Virus record (IMG/VR): IMGVR_UViG_3300008267_006666
Location: 1-54,108 of that record
Source: a virus
Taxonomy: Duplodnaviria; Caudoviricetes
DNA length: 54,108 bases
Direction: 5' to 3' (one strand)
Part shown: piece by piece, positions 39,360 through 50,089 of the stretch
How positions within the stretch are numbered: position 1 is the first letter of the stretch
Layout: the number at the start of each line of letters is the position of its first letter
Notes under the pieces: model-generated
What the model was told of the DNA's origin: nothing
Databases searched by the model: none
What the model saw: only the letters and a program-made list of their open reading frames with translations
Position numbers and translations under genes: made by a program

Positions 39360-39758
39360 TTAAGTAGTTCTTATATCGTCAAAAGACGTGTTTATTATTA
39401 CTTTTGTCATACCTTTATCACCAGTTTTATTATAACCCGGCCTAATTTCATTAAACTCTTCTCCTGAAGGTTTGAAAGATAAAATTTTATCAACTCTAAA
39501 TAACCTCCATCCCGGTAAAGGTTGTTCACCTTTATATGCGGTATGTGAAGACCCTTCAGAATCCCACGCTCTTAAAACGGGATTATCTGCTTTACTATAA
39601 CCAAAACAAACAGGTTCAATTTCTCTTAAACCTCTTCCTCCTGGTTCATCACCATCATAGTAAATTATCACTTTTTTTCTTTTTTTAATAGCGTCAACAA
39701 TAGAATCGATTGATGCTACTTCTAAAATAAGTGATTTAGCTATGTTGTAAAGTTTCAT
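39360..39758 (-). CDS. Stand-alone WYL-domain protein with leader
   Basis: AI..RK.V.I.Y…R.IEP…LRAW…WRLFRVDKI; leader MKLYNIAKSLILE. Confidence 0.75.
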   Translation of the reverse strand: MKLYNIAKSLILEVASIDSIVDAIKKRKKVIIYYDGDEPGGRGLREIEPVCFGYSKADNPVLRAWDSEGSSHTAYKGEQPLPGWRLFRVDKILSFKPSGEEFNEIRPGYNKTGDKGMTKVIINTSFDDIRTT

Positions 39759-40048
39759 TATGATGTTGGTTTTGTGTAAGGTTTTGATGGTCCGTATTCA
39801 TTAATCGCTAATTCTTTTTTTCTTTCCACGATATCCTGTATAGCACCGGCCTTGTCATTGAAAATATCTAAGAATTGTCCTGTCCCCTTACCATTTTCGT
39901 CCCCATCAGCCAAAGCGTCTTTATTAACTGCTGAATATTCATTTTTAGTGTTAAAATCATTTTTTGGTAAAAGTCTAGCTCTTTCCATTTCAGCAACTTC
40001 AGTAAGTTTGTTTTTTGGTTGTTCAAAATTTAATGGTTCTTGTATCAT
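39758..40048 (-). CDS. Hypothetical protein
   Basis: 96-aa ORF coupled to its neighbours. Confidence 0.65.
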   Translation of the reverse strand: MIQEPLNFEQPKNKLTEVAEMERARLLPKNDFNTKNEYSAVNKDALADGDENGKGTGQFLDIFNDKAGAIQDIVERKKELAINEYGPSKPYTKPTS

Positions 40049-40052
40049 AACT

Positions 40053-40511
40053 TTAAATTATTTTATTGATTATGTCTTTTATTCTTCTAAGACTCTCTGT
40101 CACCTGTAAATCGTATTGGCCTAAATTAGTTTTATGCGATTTTGATGGTCTATTTAGATTCCTAACATCAATATTAGTATGTGGGTTTTCAGGGTCGTGA
40201 GGTCTTAATTCATCATTTGATTTTGTATCTCTTCTCATCCCATCTAAAGTTTTATCAACCCAATTTTTAACGTAATGCCCACCATTTAATATATAAGTTA
40301 AGTCATTTTCATTACCATTAAAATTGTCGAAGAAATTTTTCATTCTTTTTAATTGTTGATAAGTAACTTCCCTACTATCTCTTAGTTCTTTATTTCTTTT
40401 AAAACCTTCAGTTTTATCATCCGCACCTTTTGCGGCCTCAAAACATTGACCTAAATAGGTAACAACATCTTCAGGTAGTTCAATTTTATTTCCGTATAAT
40501 TTATTATTCAC
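40053..40511 (-). CDS. Hypothetical head-associated protein
   Basis: LKRMKNFF…LNGG…W motif; C-terminal ESLRRIKDII resembles the scaffold C-terminus. Confidence 0.55.
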   Translation of the reverse strand: MNNKLYGNKIELPEDVVTYLGQCFEAAKGADDKTEGFKRNKELRDSREVTYQQLKRMKNFFDNFNGNENDLTYILNGGHYVKNWVDKTLDGMRRDTKSNDELRPHDPENPHTNIDVRNLNRPSKSHKTNLGQYDLQVTESLRRIKDIINKII

Positions 40512-41214
40512 CTGTTTTTAAAACTTTAATCAACTGGTTAATACTAATACCTTCTTTATCTGCCAATTTTTTAATATTTTGAAGATTTTTGGTTAAAATT
40601 TTACTAACAGATGTTTCTTTTTTAATAACATCATTATCTTTTTTAGATTTTTTTGCCAAGATATCTTCAACCATTTTAATCATTCTTTTTTTCTGTTCTT
40701 CTTCTATACTATCTTTTTCAACAAGTCTTTGTTTTAATACTTTTTTACCTGTTTTAGTCTTTTTAACCTTTTTACCTCTTAATTTTCCAAAGGCCTGAGC
40801 TCTTTCATCTCTTTCAATTGGGTCTTCAATACCCATTTTTTTAAGAGTTTTAACGGTACCATTATAATCTAGGTCTTTAGTTTCTTCATAACCAAAGGCA
40901 TCTGAAAAATCCATCTCGGAAACAACATTATCATCTTTTTCTTCACTTTCACCGTAATAAACACGATAACCTCTTGTTACTGGATCATTAGAAATTCTTG
41001 ATGCAACAACGGTCTGATCCATCGTTTTTCTTGGATGAAGTGTCATATTATATAGTGGTATTTTACTACCCAATAAACCTCCATCATCATCAACCAATTC
41101 ATCTAATTCTCCTTTAAACTTATCCAATTCAATTTTAACATCTTTTTCAGATATTGAATCCTCAGAATCAGGTTTGATTTTTTTTCTATTTAAATTCTTT
41201 TTTTCTGTTTTCAT
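40504..41214 (-). CDS. Hypothetical charged protein
   Basis: 236-aa ORF; two RTATTTAT copies upstream (41244 and 41269, reverse strand). Confidence 0.65.
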   Translation of the reverse strand: MKTEKKNLNRKKIKPDSEDSISEKDVKIELDKFKGELDELVDDDGGLLGSKIPLYNMTLHPRKTMDQTVVASRISNDPVTRGYRVYYGESEEKDDNVVSEMDFSDAFGYEETKDLDYNGTVKTLKKMGIEDPIERDERAQAFGKLRGKKVKKTKTGKKVLKQRLVEKDSIEEEQKKRMIKMVEDILAKKSKKDNDVIKKETSVSKILTKNLQNIKKLADKEGISINQLIKVLKTGE

Positions 41215-41306
41215 ATTTGATTTTAAATAAAAGAGTAATGATTATAAATATTCACAACTTTTTTATTAATAAATACTTCACTTTAATGTATTTATCATAA
41301 AAAAAG

Positions 41307-44150
41307 ATGTCAAATCAAAATATTAATCATTGGGCTAACTCGAAATGGTTTCCTAAATTGTCTTTGGGGTCTTACGATATGTCATTAACTACCGATGAAA
41401 CCGAGTTTAATCAGGAGGTAGTTTTTTCTCCGTATCTAATATCTCAAACCTACGGTAAAAAATTACCTGTGTATTTTGATTTGAATGATTCCGGAACAAC
41501 ACAAAATATTGTTTTAAATTATAAAGAATATAATGAAAACAATGTAATAGTCTCCCAAAATAATTATAATCCTAAGAATGAAAATTTAAATTGTTTTAGT
41601 TCGTCAACATCTTGTGATATTGGTTTAACAGGTACGGATAATGGACTTGTAACTAAAATGACAGGAGAAACAATTACATTTACCAATGGATTATTTGAAG
41701 ATAGTTTAAAATTCGATAGATTACATTTTGACAGAAGATTAAAATTATTTCAAGTTACAGGATATACTCAGTCTCCAAATATTAGATTTTCAGGTATACA
41801 AAAGACTACTTTATATGAAGTTGTGAGTAAAGAAGACCCTTCTTTTGGAAAATATCACGAATTATATGGAGGATTCTATCAAGGATTTTATAAATTATTT
41901 GGGTATGATTATGAGATTTTACCCGAAAGATTTAATAAGGGTTGGTCTGTTGAAATGTTGTTAAAACCTAGATTATTTAATGAGTATTTTCCTGATTTAG
42001 GGGAAACAACTTTAAATGAAATATATCCTAATAATAAAAATATTTTCTTTTACTTTGGTGCAAGATCCGAAAATAAGTATTATCATCATGCCGATGGGAC
42101 ACCAAATTGTTTTACAGGATATACTAGGATAACATCTGAATTAACAGGTATAACAACTTGTTCTTGTTGTAATAATACAATTACAAATAGTAGGTGTATT
42201 TTTATATATCCTCCACGTTCAGTTAATGGTGTTCACGACCCTCACGTAAATTATGGTTGTGATAAATGTAATGGTAATAAAGAAATAAGTATAACTTGTG
42301 GGTGTGATTGTAATAAGAATCCTTGTGAAACTTGTGGATGGGAGTGTCAAACTCACAAATGTGAAACTATTATAAGTGCAACAACTACAACCACAACAAC
42401 TACAATATCAGATGGTTGTGTGGTAACCACAACCTGTACCCCCGATTGTCAAACTTGTTATGAGTGTGATGATTGTGATACGTGTGAAGAAACTTTCGAT
42501 TCAATAGAGGATACTTGTGAAAAAGACCCGTTATATGACGGAATGTCAAATGCTTTCGCATTAAAACTTTGCGGAGACCCAAAAAACCCTCAAATAGGTG
42601 TTAGATTTTTAAGGTTTACAGGTGATTGTGTAACAACAGGAACTTGTGAAACAGGTAAGACATATAACACCGGTTATACTATCACAGAATATTGTACACC
42701 ACCAATTTATCCTAAATGTGAAAAAGAAAACCCGTCTTGGTTAGATTTAGAACATTGGTTTCAAGTTAACGTTGTTTGGGAAAGATATACATTTTTAGAT
42801 GAATGTGATTTAAAATATCGAGGAGGATTAGCGGACATAACTAAAAAAATATTTTTAGAGTCATTAGCAAATAACTCAGTTTCGTTAATCACTACACCAT
42901 ATACAAATGGTAAAAAAACTGCATTACAGATGGAGTTGGTTAACTTAAATGAAAAATGGTTATTAGATGGTAAATTTAGAAAAGGTAGATTAAAAATTTA
43001 TGTTAACGGTAAATTACATCATACTATTGAAGATTTTGAGGAAATAATACCAAGAGCGTTAAATACGGACAAAGAAAGACAAATTGGAGTTCCGTTTAAC
43101 ATTTCTTGGGGAGGAGGAACTCAAGGACTTAGAGATAATTTAGTTTTTAGTTCATCAACTCAATTAGAAGGTCCGTACGTTCAAGACCCAGAATTGTTTC
43201 CATCAAATGTATTGTCAGGTACAACTTTTAGCGGATTAAATACTAACATACAAATAGAACAAAATTTTGCAGGAACTTTTGAGGGAGGAATCTCCCAATT
43301 TAGAATGTATGTTGAACCTTTAAAAGCGTCGGAAGTAAAGCATAATTTCAAACTTTTAAAAGATAAGTTTATTATGTTTGACCCCGATTGTCCTAATTGT
43401 GATTTATCGGTATGTGAAGTTAATGACTTTGAATACGACATTTATAGTTCCACCACAACAACAACTACGTTAAATATAGAAACACTACAAAATTTAGGGT
43501 TTGGTTTGGGTAGGGAATTGATAATAGATAAAAGAGATTTGAATTATTTAATTGAAAATAAGATTAATTTACCAAAAACTTTATTAACTGAAAAATATTG
43601 GGACGCTGACGGATGGTGGGGTAATCAAGGAAATACACCTCATTGTGTTGGATATTCTTGGGCTCATTGGATTGATGATGGTCCCATAAAACATTCAGGA
43701 CTTAAACCAAATACTGATCCAGTTTTAATTTATCGAAACGCTCAAAAATTAGATGAATGGCCGGGAGAAAATTATAATGGAACTTCAGTTAGAGGAGGTG
43801 CAAAATATTTACAAAATATACGTAAAATAAAATCATATTTATGGACTTTTAATATTAATACTTTAATACAAACTCTTTTAACTCAAGGACCTGTTGTTGT
43901 TGGTACAAATTGGTATATGGGAATGTTTTATCCTAACAACCAAGGAGTAATAAAAATAAGTGGTAGAATTGCGGGAGGTCACGCATATGTTTTAAATGGT
44001 GTTAACACAAAAACACAATTATTTAGACTAAAAAATAGTTGGGGTAGAAATTGGGGGTTATCTGGACACGCGTTTATTAGTTTTTCAGATATGCAGAGAT
44101 TAATAAAAGAAAAGGGTGAAATTTGTTTGGCGGTTGAAAATAATTTTTAA
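41307..44150 (+). CDS. Cys-rich/LamG-like virion protein fused to a papain-like (C1) peptidase
   Basis: Cys clusters, poly-Thr linkers, KIYVNG…[10 protein letters not shown]; C-terminal NQG…CVG, GGHA, KNSWG. Confidence 0.8.
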   Translation: MSNQNINHWANSKWFPKLSLGSYDMSLTTDETEFNQEVVFSPYLISQTYGKKLPVYFDLNDSGTTQNIVLNYKEYNENNVIVSQNNYNPKNENLNCFSSSTSCDIGLTGTDNGLVTKMTGETITFTNGLFEDSLKFDRLHFDRRLKLFQVTGYTQSPNIRFSGIQKTTLYEVVSKEDPSFGKYHELYGGFYQGFYKLFGYDYEILPERFNKGWSVEMLLKPRLFNEYFPDLGETTLNEIYPNNKNIFFYFGARSENKYYHHADGTPNCFTGYTRITSELTGITTCSCCNNTITNSRCIFIYPPRSVNGVHDPHVNYGCDKCNGNKEISITCGCDCNKNPCETCGWECQTHKCETIISATTTTTTTTISDGCVVTTTCTPDCQTCYECDDCDTCEETFDSIEDTCEKDPLYDGMSNAFALKLCGDPKNPQIGVRFLRFTGDCVTTGTCETGKTYNTGYTITEYCTPPIYPKCEKENPSWLDLEHWFQVNVVWERYTFLDECDLKYRGGLADITKKIFLESLANNSVSLITTPYTNGKKTALQMELVNLNEKWLLDGKFRKGRLKIYVNGKLHHTIEDFEEIIPRALNTDKERQIGVPFNISWGGGTQGLRDNLVFSSSTQLEGPYVQDPELFPSNVLSGTTFSGLNTNIQIEQNFAGTFEGGISQFRMYVEPLKASEVKHNFKLLKDKFIMFDPDCPNCDLSVCEVNDFEYDIYSSTTTTTTLNIETLQNLGFGLGRELIIDKRDLNYLIENKINLPKTLLTEKYWDADGWWGNQGNTPHCVGYSWAHWIDDGPIKHSGLKPNTDPVLIYRNAQKLDEWPGENYNGTSVRGGAKYLQNIRKIKSYLWTFNINTLIQTLLTQGPVVVGTNWYMGMFYPNNQGVIKISGRIAGGHAYVLNGVNTKTQLFRLKNSWGRNWGLSGHAFISFSDMQRLIKEKGEICLAVENNF

Positions 44151-44152
44151 TT

Positions 44153-45169
44153 ATGAGTAATTTTATTGAAATAAAAAGTGTTAATTATGATGGTGAAGAG
44201 GCGAATATTCTTTTCACACCATACCAAGGGGATAATGTGATAAATTTAGGTTTTGTAACACTACCTTTCATTTTTGAGCCTGTCCCACCAATAAATATTT
44301 ATGGAACTTACACAATATTAGTTAAAGATAGTAATTGTCCTTACATATTAAATGTTCCATCACCATCACCCACACCAACTCCTAGTTTGACTCCTAGACC
44401 AACAAGAACACCAACCCCTACACCAACCATAACCCCAACTCCAAGTCCTACTTGCCCTACACCAACAAGAACTCCATACCCCACACTAACACCGACACCA
44501 ACAAGAACTCCATACCCTACAAGAACACCAATACCTACTCCAACACCTACTTCAACACCTACTTGTACCCCAACACCAACTCCAACACCTACTCCATTAC
44601 CGGCTGTTAGATACGCATATCTATTTATTGAGCCAATATCAAAATCGACAATGATAGGTCAATGGATGTATGACGGAGGTTCGACATTCTACGGATTTTC
44701 AAATGCGACTCAACCAACTCAAGACCAAAACCAATTTAACTCAGATATGAATTTGTATGTTAATTTTACGGGTTGGACTAATGGTGAATTTCCTACTATT
44801 AAGAGTCAAGTGGTGCCACAATCAACTGGAGGTATTGATTCTTTTGGTAATTTAAAAGTTGCGTATAACTTTATGACCACAGAAGTAATGGAAAATACCA
44901 TAGGGGGAGACGCTTGGTATACCTGGATAATACCTACCACATTAACTAACAATGAAATACAAATAACGATAGATTTAAATACAAATAGTAGCCCTAACTT
45001 AATGACCGCAGTGGGTACGGAAGGAACAATAAACTCTTACACGTTTAACTATAGCGGTACAACAATACCTCAAACAACATATAAAGTTTATACAACTTTT
45101 CCTAATACTATATTCCAAATATTGGATTCTCAAAATATTTATTTTAAGGGGAATTCGGTAGGTCCTTAA
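44153..45169 (+). CDS. Virion protein with long Pro/Thr linker
   Basis: About 80-aa (PT)n tract between two globular parts. Confidence 0.75.
   Translation: MSNFIEIKSVNYDGEEANILFTPYQGDNVINLGFVTLPFIFEPVPPINIYGTYTILVKDSNCPYILNVPSPSPTPTPSLTPRPTRTPTPTPTITPTPSPTCPTPTRTPYPTLTPTPTRTPYPTRTPIPTPTPTSTPTCTPTPTPTPTPLPAVRYAYLFIEPISKSTMIGQWMYDGGSTFYGFSNATQPTQDQNQFNSDMNLYVNFTGWTNGEFPTIKSQVVPQSTGGIDSFGNLKVAYNFMTTEVMENTIGGDAWYTWIIPTTLTNNEIQITIDLNTNSSPNLMTAVGTEGTINSYTFNYSGTTIPQTTYKVYTTFPNTIFQILDSQNIYFKGNSVGP
44357..44602 (+). repeat. Pro-Thr low-complexity repeat
   Basis: CCN-ACN codon repeats. Confidence 0.9.
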
Positions 45170-45179
45170 TCAGTAAAAT

Positions 45180-46154
45180 ATGAATTTTAATTATAAAAAT
45201 CCTGTAACACCATTAACCGCTTTAGGTAATATAAGTACCAAAAGAGATGACGTATTTGGTACTAATTTTAGTATTCTGTCCACGGGTGGATATATGGAAG
45301 TTTATAGTCTTGACGATTTAAATTATACAATACCTTCCGGTACTACCGGATTAATAAAATTTTCAGGGAATACAATACCTATACAATTTAATAAAGGAAC
45401 AGGTTCGGTATTTTCTCCGGATGTTTTAACCTTAAATTCTGATAATTTTTCTTCAGGTAGAAGGAGAATCGGTATGTTGGTATATGTTAAAGAGGTTGAC
45501 CAAGTTTATCAATACCAAGTCCCTAATTTTGAACTTTACTGGTCTCAAATCACAGGATTAACAGGGACAACCGTATTCTCAAATTTCGGAACAACTATTA
45601 AAAATAATACAATTCTTAGTGATTTATTTATTGAAGAATGGAAGTCCTCAAAAATTGAAGGTATTAGTGGTAATACAAGGTCGGATTCAAATTGGATTAA
45701 ATATTATGGAACGACTTTAGCGGTAACTGGAGGTTCTTTTAATAGTCTTACAAATATATTAACACTAAATAATATAACAGGGGGTAGCGTTTTTATTTCT
45801 GGTTTTACAAGTTTTACAGGGGGATCGGGTAGTTGTTTATCTGAAATAGTAGTGGATAAGATTAGTTCTTGTATAAGTGCAATAACCGTGAATAATCAAT
45901 TAATAGTTTTAAGTGGAATAACTTTAACTGGAAATTTAGTTCCTTCATCAGATGCTCAATATGATATTGGCACAACAATTAGGAGATTTAGACAAATAAA
46001 CACCGTAAGTGGAACATCGACCATTTGGTCGGCAACGACAAAAATTTATACACCCGAACTTGATTTAGGTTTAGATAGTTTTGGTAATAGTAGAATTATA
46101 AATGCAAATAACTCAATAATACAAGATGATGTTTTATCGGGAGGTAATTTTTAA
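45180..46154 (+). CDS. Putative tail/fibre protein
   Basis: GGY.EV…RRR.GMLVYV domain, G/S/T rich, C-terminal DVLSGGNF. Confidence 0.65.
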   Translation: MNFNYKNPVTPLTALGNISTKRDDVFGTNFSILSTGGYMEVYSLDDLNYTIPSGTTGLIKFSGNTIPIQFNKGTGSVFSPDVLTLNSDNFSSGRRRIGMLVYVKEVDQVYQYQVPNFELYWSQITGLTGTTVFSNFGTTIKNNTILSDLFIEEWKSSKIEGISGNTRSDSNWIKYYGTTLAVTGGSFNSLTNILTLNNITGGSVFISGFTSFTGGSGSCLSEIVVDKISSCISAITVNNQLIVLSGITLTGNLVPSSDAQYDIGTTIRRFRQINTVSGTSTIWSATTKIYTPELDLGLDSFGNSRIINANNSIIQDDVLSGGNF

Positions 46155-46198
46155 AAGTAAAGATATTTATATATAAATTAATTAAAAAAAAATAAAAA

Positions 46199-47616
46199 AT
46201 GGCAAATAGAAGTACGAGGTTTCAGTTAAAACATAACTCAACAATCACAGGTTCAACATTACCTTCATCAGGTATTTTGGTTGCTGAACCATTGGTTAAT
46301 CTTTATGATGGTATAATGTATTTTTCTGGAACTCCTGGTTCTACGGGTTATACCACCGGAAATACAAACGTTGGTTACTTTGAGGTTGGTTCTCATTTAA
46401 CTAATCTAAGATTGGATGGATTGATAACATCCTATAGTGGTGTTAGTGGTTCCGGATTGGAAAACAAAATTTTATCGGGTACGTCACAAGGTTTTGTTTT
46501 GGTCGATTCCTCAAATATAAATGGAATTAGTGCGTTTACTTATACCGCGTCGGCAAATACTTTCACAATTTACGATAGTAACGGAACACCTTATTCGGCA
46601 ACCGTTACTTCTGTTTCTGGACTAACAATTAATGGGGATTTTACAATTACAGGTAATACGACTTTACAATCAGTAACCGCGTCAACATTAAACGTAACCG
46701 GTAATACAATATTACAATCCACAACAGCTTCAACATTAAATGTAACAGGTAATACCACTTTACAATCTTTTACTGGTGGGTCAGGAACAATTAATGGTGA
46801 TTTAAATGTTACTGGAAATACAATATTACAATCAACGACTGCGTCAACATTAAACGTAACTGGTAATACAATTCTGGAGTCTACAACCGCGTCAACATTA
46901 AATGTGACTGGTAATACGATTTTACAATCAACTACCGCCTCAACATTAAACGTTACAGGTAATACAAGTTTACAATCAACAACCGCGTCTACCTTAAATG
47001 TGACCGGTAATACCAACTTAAATTCTTTAACGGCATCAACAACAAATATTAATGGTAATTTAACCGTAACAGGTTCAACGACCACTAATTCAATTAGCGC
47101 AGCAACCTACAATACCAATTTAGGGGCTAATCTTGTTGTTTATACAAATGGTTTAGGAACATTAAGTACAGAAACGGGTTTTAGTTACGACTCAACTGGT
47201 GATACTTTATCGGTTAAAAACGCGATTATCGGTAGTGGTGGTAGTATATTTAGTGCTGGAACAGGTGATTTAGTAGTTCACGGAAATTTAACCGTGTTTG
47301 GTGAATCCATATCAGCGTTTACATCAAGCTTATATATTGAAGATAATAACATCGTTTTAAATTTTAATCCTACAGGTTCTACGGCGGATTCTTCAGTTAA
47401 TTCAGGTTTTGAAATTAGAGATGGGTCAGGAATTTCAGGTAGTTCAGTTAATTTAGATATTGTTAGGTTACAATATTTACTAATAGAGGTTGGATTACTC
47501 AACTGAATGATATCGTAATTAGAAGTACGGACATTACTGATAATGGTTCCGTGGGTTCTATTACTGGTGTCAGAGTTTTGGCCGAATTTGATGTCCTCGA
47601 TGGAGGTTCATATTAA
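46199..47616 (+). CDS. Fibre protein with 16-aa repeats; its apparent C-terminus (…DVLDGGSY) lies in the -1 frame
   Basis: The 0-frame ORF stops at 47506; the -1 frame 47467..47616 reads …NRGWITQLNDIVIRS…DVLDGGSY*. Confidence 0.65.
46640..47075 (+). repeat. Degenerate 48-bp tandem repeats (TASTLNVTGNTILQST)
   Basis: About 8-9 units visible in DNA and protein. Confidence 0.9.
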
Positions 47617-47639
47617 AAGTAATGTCAAAAAATAAATTA

Positions 47640-47667
47640 AAAAGGAAGGTTTTACCTTCCTTTTTTT
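47640..47667 (+). terminator. Rho-independent terminator
   Basis: AAAAGGAAGG-TTTTA-CCTTCCTTTTTTT. Confidence 0.85.
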
Positions 47668-47725
47668 ATATCTATAATATTTATAAAATGAGGTTATATA
47701 ATCTTATAAAATATAGGTCATATAT

Positions 47726-48934
47726 ATGGCAAATCGTAGTTCAACGTTTTTACTAAAACGTTCAAATGTTATTGGGAAAATACCCGAATTAACGGGTCTT
47801 ACAATTGGTGAATTAGCTCTTAATACTGCCGACGCTAAACTATATACAATATTTACATCGGGTACAACAGGTTCAACCGAGGTTAGACAGATTGGTTGGG
47901 ATAGAATTAGTAGAACAGGTGATACGGTTTATGGTGACTTTAATTTTTATGGTAATATACAAATTAGTGGGTTAACCCAACCAAGTGGTTATACACTATC
48001 AATAACCGGTGATACAAATTTAATCGGTTATTCTTTTCATAGTGGTAATACGGAACAAATTGGTAATTACCACATAACAGGTAATACGAGTCAAGAAGGT
48101 ACATATACTCATAGCGGAAATACTTTCATTACAGGTAATACCACTCAAATTGGTAATTTTAATTTAACAGGTGATACTAATTTAAGTGGTAATACAGATC
48201 AGTTTGGTAGTATTAATTTAACGGGCAGCACTTCAGGTCAATGCGCCTTATACGTTGATGGGGATGTTTGTATAGATGGTAATTTAAATATTACAGGTAA
48301 TACAAATATGGTTGGCACTCTTAGTTTACAAAACTCAAATTCATTAGGTAATACAGGTATTAATATATTTGACACCACTTTAATTCCATCGGGAATTACC
48401 GTAGTGCACCAATTCCAAGGGGAGGGAGGGATATTCGCCCATTTAGGTGATTTGGCGTCAGGAGAACCAAACTCAAAAGGTTATATCTATATGGAAAATA
48501 ATGGGGTTGCAAATATTATGCCTACAGGAACAGCGTATCAAAAAGTTTCGGGTACCACATCAACAATAGTAGAATATTTAAATTTTTTTACAACCGGGTC
48601 ATCAAGTAATGAGTTATTATATACCTTTAGTAGTTCAACAGGGTCAAGTTCGACATTTTTAAAATATTCAGTATCTTATACGGTACAGAGTTCTGGTGGT
48701 TCTAAAAGATTATCATTCGCGATAAGAAAAACAACAAGTGGTGGAACTCAAACCATTGTTCCTGCGGCGATGACACTTTATACGTCAGGTGCTAATTTAG
48801 AAAGTGCCGGTTCGTTATCGGGTATTGTCTCTGCTCAACTAGGTGATAGGTTTGAAGTTGTGGTTTCTAATGGTAGTGGAGCACCTACATTTAACGCACT
48901 AATAAGTGATTTAACTTTTTCATTATATACTTAA
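47726..48934 (+). CDS. Putative fibre protein
   Basis: N-terminal LKRS…P..L..GELALNTAD.KLY fibre-anchor-like motif; repeated (S/T)G(N/D)T units. Confidence 0.75.
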   Translation: MANRSSTFLLKRSNVIGKIPELTGLTIGELALNTADAKLYTIFTSGTTGSTEVRQIGWDRISRTGDTVYGDFNFYGNIQISGLTQPSGYTLSITGDTNLIGYSFHSGNTEQIGNYHITGNTSQEGTYTHSGNTFITGNTTQIGNFNLTGDTNLSGNTDQFGSINLTGSTSGQCALYVDGDVCIDGNLNITGNTNMVGTLSLQNSNSLGNTGINIFDTTLIPSGITVVHQFQGEGGIFAHLGDLASGEPNSKGYIYMENNGVANIMPTGTAYQKVSGTTSTIVEYLNFFTTGSSSNELLYTFSSSTGSSSTFLKYSVSYTVQSSGGSKRLSFAIRKTTSGGTQTIVPAAMTLYTSGANLESAGSLSGIVSAQLGDRFEVVVSNGSGAPTFNALISDLTFSLYT

Positions 48935-48939
48935 AACAT

Positions 48940-49569
48940 ATGAAATTATTAGCGTTTAAAATAAATAATAAACCTATCACAAATATTGTGAATTGGTCAG
49001 TTTCACAACTAAACGGAAATCAACCATTTTTAGTTTCGGATACAACAATTCAGGATTATGATGATGTTTCATCTATAATTAATTGGGATAAATATGGTAA
49101 TAAATTAAAAGATTTTATTTTTGTTAGAAATGAAATTAAGTTATTATATGATTTAACAGATTATGATAATCTTTCCTATGATGAAAAAATCATTGTTTCA
49201 AAATATTTTCTAATAAATCAAGTTAATAGAAACTTAACCATAAGTAATGAAGAACAAGAAAGATACTGGTCAGAACTTGTAAAATTATCAAGAATATCAA
49301 GATTTAATAGGTGGGAAGCTGCCAGAATTTACATATCTTATAGATTGGAGCCGATTAATTCTTCAGATTTGGCAAAATCTACTACAGAACTTTGTGACGA
49401 TTATATTAATTATAATATAATCACTAAAATTAAAGACGGCACTTCCGGATTATTCGATTATTTGAAAGGGGAGGGAGATTATATGGTTAATGGATACCCT
49501 TCAAAATCTTATTGGACTCAGATTGACCAAAATAAATTAATGGATATATTAGAAAACGGAAACTATTAA
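48940..49569 (+). CDS. Hypothetical protein, possibly a fibre chaperone
   Basis: 209-aa helical ORF directly after a fibre gene. Confidence 0.55.
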   Translation: MKLLAFKINNKPITNIVNWSVSQLNGNQPFLVSDTTIQDYDDVSSIINWDKYGNKLKDFIFVRNEIKLLYDLTDYDNLSYDEKIIVSKYFLINQVNRNLTISNEEQERYWSELVKLSRISRFNRWEAARIYISYRLEPINSSDLAKSTTELCDDYINYNIITKIKDGTSGLFDYLKGEGDYMVNGYPSKSYWTQIDQNKLMDILENGNY

Positions 49570-49613
49570 ATGTTTTTCAAAATTAAAAAAGATAAGATAT
49601 TTATAATATAAAT

Positions 49614-49742
49614 ATGGACGTGGGAACATTTAGTAATCGAACAGAATATATAACTTGTGTTAATTGTGATTATTCATCGGTAGTCACACCAACAACTTTT
49701 TTTAATGTTATATCTTACGGAACAAGGGTTAAACTCATTTAA
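49614..49742 (+). CDS. 42-aa small ORF missing from the track (MDVGTFSNRTEYITCVNCDY…RVKLI)
   Basis: RTATTTAT at 49597-49604; the ORF fills the gap exactly; CxxC. Confidence 0.5.
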   Translation: MDVGTFSNRTEYITCVNCDYSSVVTPTTFFNVISYGTRVKLI

Positions 49743-49750
49743 AATAATTG

Positions 49751-50047
49751 ATGTCTCAAGTTATCGAAATAACAAATGTAAATGGGTCAGGAACATATGA
49801 CGTTTATTTATGTGATATAACTTTAACCTATTGTTTTTTAATTTCGGGAGCAACATCAATTCCCCCAACCGTATCTTTTGAATTACCTTCATCTTTACCA
49901 AACCCAAATTCACCTCCCGCAACAATAACTTTTGATGGTGCAACCTCAGTAATTGTTAAAATAGTAGATACATCAACAGGATGTGAAAAATTTATGGTTT
50001 ATGATTGTGGTGAACCTCCTACCACAACAACTACTACAACAATATAG
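49751..50047 (+). CDS. Small virion-like protein with poly-Thr tail
   Basis: YDVYLCD…C…GCE motif, ends [10 protein letters not shown]; ATG at 49751. Confidence 0.7.
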   Translation: MSQVIEITNVNGSGTYDVYLCDITLTYCFLISGATSIPPTVSFELPSSLPNPNSPPATITFDGATSVIVKIVDTSTGCEKFMVYDCGEPPTTTTTTTI

Positions 50048-50089
50048 TTTCTTTTTTTAAAAAAATATTATCATTCTAAAAATGATAAT

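Noticed and set aside
40504-40580. HicB/ribbon-helix-helix-like C-terminus (ADKEGISINQLI)
   Set aside because: Too short to support and no adjacent toxin gene
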